564 nt of DNA from a phage. The stretch is from sequence record EF517026.1, one strand, 5' to 3'. Position numbers and translations under genes: made by a program. The notes under the pieces are model-generated. The model saw nothing but the letters and a program-made list of their open reading frames with translations, was not told the origin of the DNA and did not search any database. Below are positions 1-564 of this stretch, piece by piece. The first letter of the stretch is position 1. Every line of letters starts with the position of its first letter.

Positions 1-564
1 CTGGGAAAAAGAAAACCCGCCAGTACAAGCAACTGGGTGTATAGCTTGCTTAGAGAAAGATGACCGTTATCCACACACTTGTAACAAAGGAGCTAACGAT
101 ATGACCGAACGTGAACAAGAGATGATCATTAAGTTGATAGACAATAATGAAGATCGCCCAGATGATTTGAATGGCTGCGGTATTCTCTGCTCCAATGTCC
201 CTTGCCACCTCTGTCCCGCAAATAACGATCAAAAGATAACCTTAGGTGAAATCCGAGCGATGGACCCACGTAAACCACATCTGAATAAACCTGAGGTAAC
301 TCCTACAGATGATCAGCCTTCCGCTGAGACAATCGAAGGTGTCACTAAGCCTTTCCACTACATGCTGTTTGACGACATTGAGGCTATCGAAGTGATTGCT
401 CGTTCAATGACCGTTGAGCAGTTCAAGGGATACTGCTTCGGTAACATCTTAAAGTACAGACTACGTGCTGGTAAGAAATCAGAGTTAGCGTACTTAGAGA
501 AAGACCTAGCGAAAGCAGATTTCTATAAAGAACTCTTTGAGAAACATAAGGATAAATGTTATGC
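1..564 (+). CDS. 1.7: Nucleotide (dTMP/dGMP) kinase, phage T7 gene 1.7-like; partial CDS truncated at both window edges (first full codon 2-4, last full codon 560-562)
   Basis: Seen in sequence: frame 2 has no stop codon from 2 to 564 (187 complete codons plus a partial gc- codon). In-window translation: WEKENPPVQATGCIACLEKDDRYPHTCNKGAND MTEREQEMIIKLIDNNEDRPDDLNGCGILCSNVPCHLCPANNDQKITLGEIRAMDPRKPHLNKPEVTPTDDQPSAETIEGVTKPFHYMLFDDIEAIEVIARSMTVEQFKGYCFGNILKYRLRAGKKSELAYLEKDLAKADFYKELFEKHKDKCY(A). The two other + frames stop early (TAG 42-44, TGA 61-63). From memory: T7 gene 1.7 is about 196 codons and its product occurs as a roughly 22 kDa and a roughly 18 kDa form from two in-frame starts. The window fits this, with about 8 codons missing upstream and the final codon plus stop just downstream. 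The product assignment is recollection and was not verified by any search. Confidence 0.8.
87..92 (+). promoter_or_regulatory. Shine-Dalgarno site (AAGGAG) for internal in-frame initiation at ATG 101-103, giving a shorter isoform of the same protein
   Basis: Seen in sequence: AAGGAG at 87-92, an 8-nt spacer (93-100), then ATG at 101-103 in the same frame as the long ORF. The 155-residue product from ATG 101 (assuming termination right after the window) has a calculated mass near 17.8 kDa by my hand computation, close to the roughly 18 kDa short form I recall for T7 gp1.7. Confidence 0.6.
548..552 (+). promoter_or_regulatory. Putative Shine-Dalgarno site (AAGGA) for a downstream gene starting at ATG 561-563
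   Basis: Seen in sequence: AAGGA at 548-552, an 8-nt spacer (553-560), then ATG at 561-563 in a different frame from the main CDS. That frame is open back to the TAG at 507-509, and 561 is its first ATG. Confidence 0.4.
561..564 (+). CDS. Start of a downstream gene overlapping the 3' end of the gene 1.7-like CDS (T7 gene 1.8-like?); only the start codon plus 1 nt is in the window
   Basis: ATG at 561-563 with an SD-like AAGGA 8 nt upstream. From memory, T7 has a small gene (1.8) whose start overlaps the last few codons of gene 1.7. Nothing of this ORF beyond the start codon is visible, so the call rests on the start signal alone. Confidence 0.3.

Noticed and set aside
1-63. Short open stretches in the two other + frames at the 5' end (1-60 ending at TGA 61-63, and 3-41 ending at TAG 42-44), as a possible 3' end of an upstream gene with the real gene starting at ATG 101
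   Set aside because: Frame 2 is open through this region and encodes CxxC and HxC motifs that continue the Cys/His pattern downstream, and the implied full length fits the two-isoform model. This alternative cannot be excluded without upstream sequence or a homology search.
37-84. Weak sigma70-like hexamers (TATAGC at 40-45, TTGCTT at 46-51, TTGTAA at 79-84) as a possible promoter for the ATG 101 start
   Set aside because: No -35/-10 pair has both a good match and 16-18 bp spacing, and the region is inside an open frame. There is also no match to the T7 RNA polymerase promoter consensus (TAATACGACTCACTATAGGGAGA) anywhere in the window.
60-104. A 14-codon mini-ORF in another frame (ATG 60-62 to TGA 102-104, MTVIHTLVTKELTI), whose stop overlaps the internal start as ATGA
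   Set aside because: There is no convincing SD before ATG 60, only a purine-rich stretch, and it lies wholly inside the long open frame. ATGA overlaps arise easily by chance. It is noted only because it could conceivably modulate internal initiation.
50-232. The 60-aa minus-strand ORF from the supplied track (MIVICGTEVARDIGAENTAAIQIIWAIFIIVYQLNDHLLFTFGHIVSSFVTSVWITVIFL)
   Set aside because: It is exactly codon-aligned antisense to the + strand coding frame, which is the classic shadow-ORF pattern. Its first codon is TTG (reverse complement of caa at 230-232), not ATG, with no recognisable SD, and the peptide is low-complexity hydrophobic. An antisense micro-protein cannot be excluded, but nothing in the sequence supports one.
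60-415. Repeated 9-mer ATGACCGTT at 60-68 and 407-415, with the related ATGACCG at 101-107
   Set aside because: A single exact 9-mer repeat in a 564-nt window is within chance expectation (roughly 0.6 expected pairs). There is no inverted-repeat or iteron-like spacing.
1-564. Any novel defence system, toxin-antitoxin pair, CRISPR array, tRNA or mobile element
   Set aside because: No direct or inverted repeats, no tRNA-like structure and no second gene body are present. The window is the interior of a single protein-coding gene, so claiming a new system would be unsupported.

Overview
The whole window is coding on the + strand: one reading frame (first complete codon at 2-4) has no stop codon from position 2 to 564, so the gene runs off both window edges. 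The supplied ORF track shows no + strand ORF, only an antisense ORF at 50..232 that I judge to be a shadow of this gene. From memory, not a database search, I recognise the product as the bacteriophage T7 gene 1.7 nucleotide (dTMP/dGMP) kinase or a very close homologue. Supporting this, a strong in-frame internal start (AAGGAG 87-92, ATG 101-103) matches the two isoforms reported for that protein, and a second SD+ATG at 548-563 fits an overlapping downstream gene start. I see no RNA gene, CRISPR array, mobile element, credible promoter or terminator, and nothing I can honestly call a novel system. The points worth a second look are the dual initiation, a Cys/His cluster split by the internal start, and the three-part domain layout.
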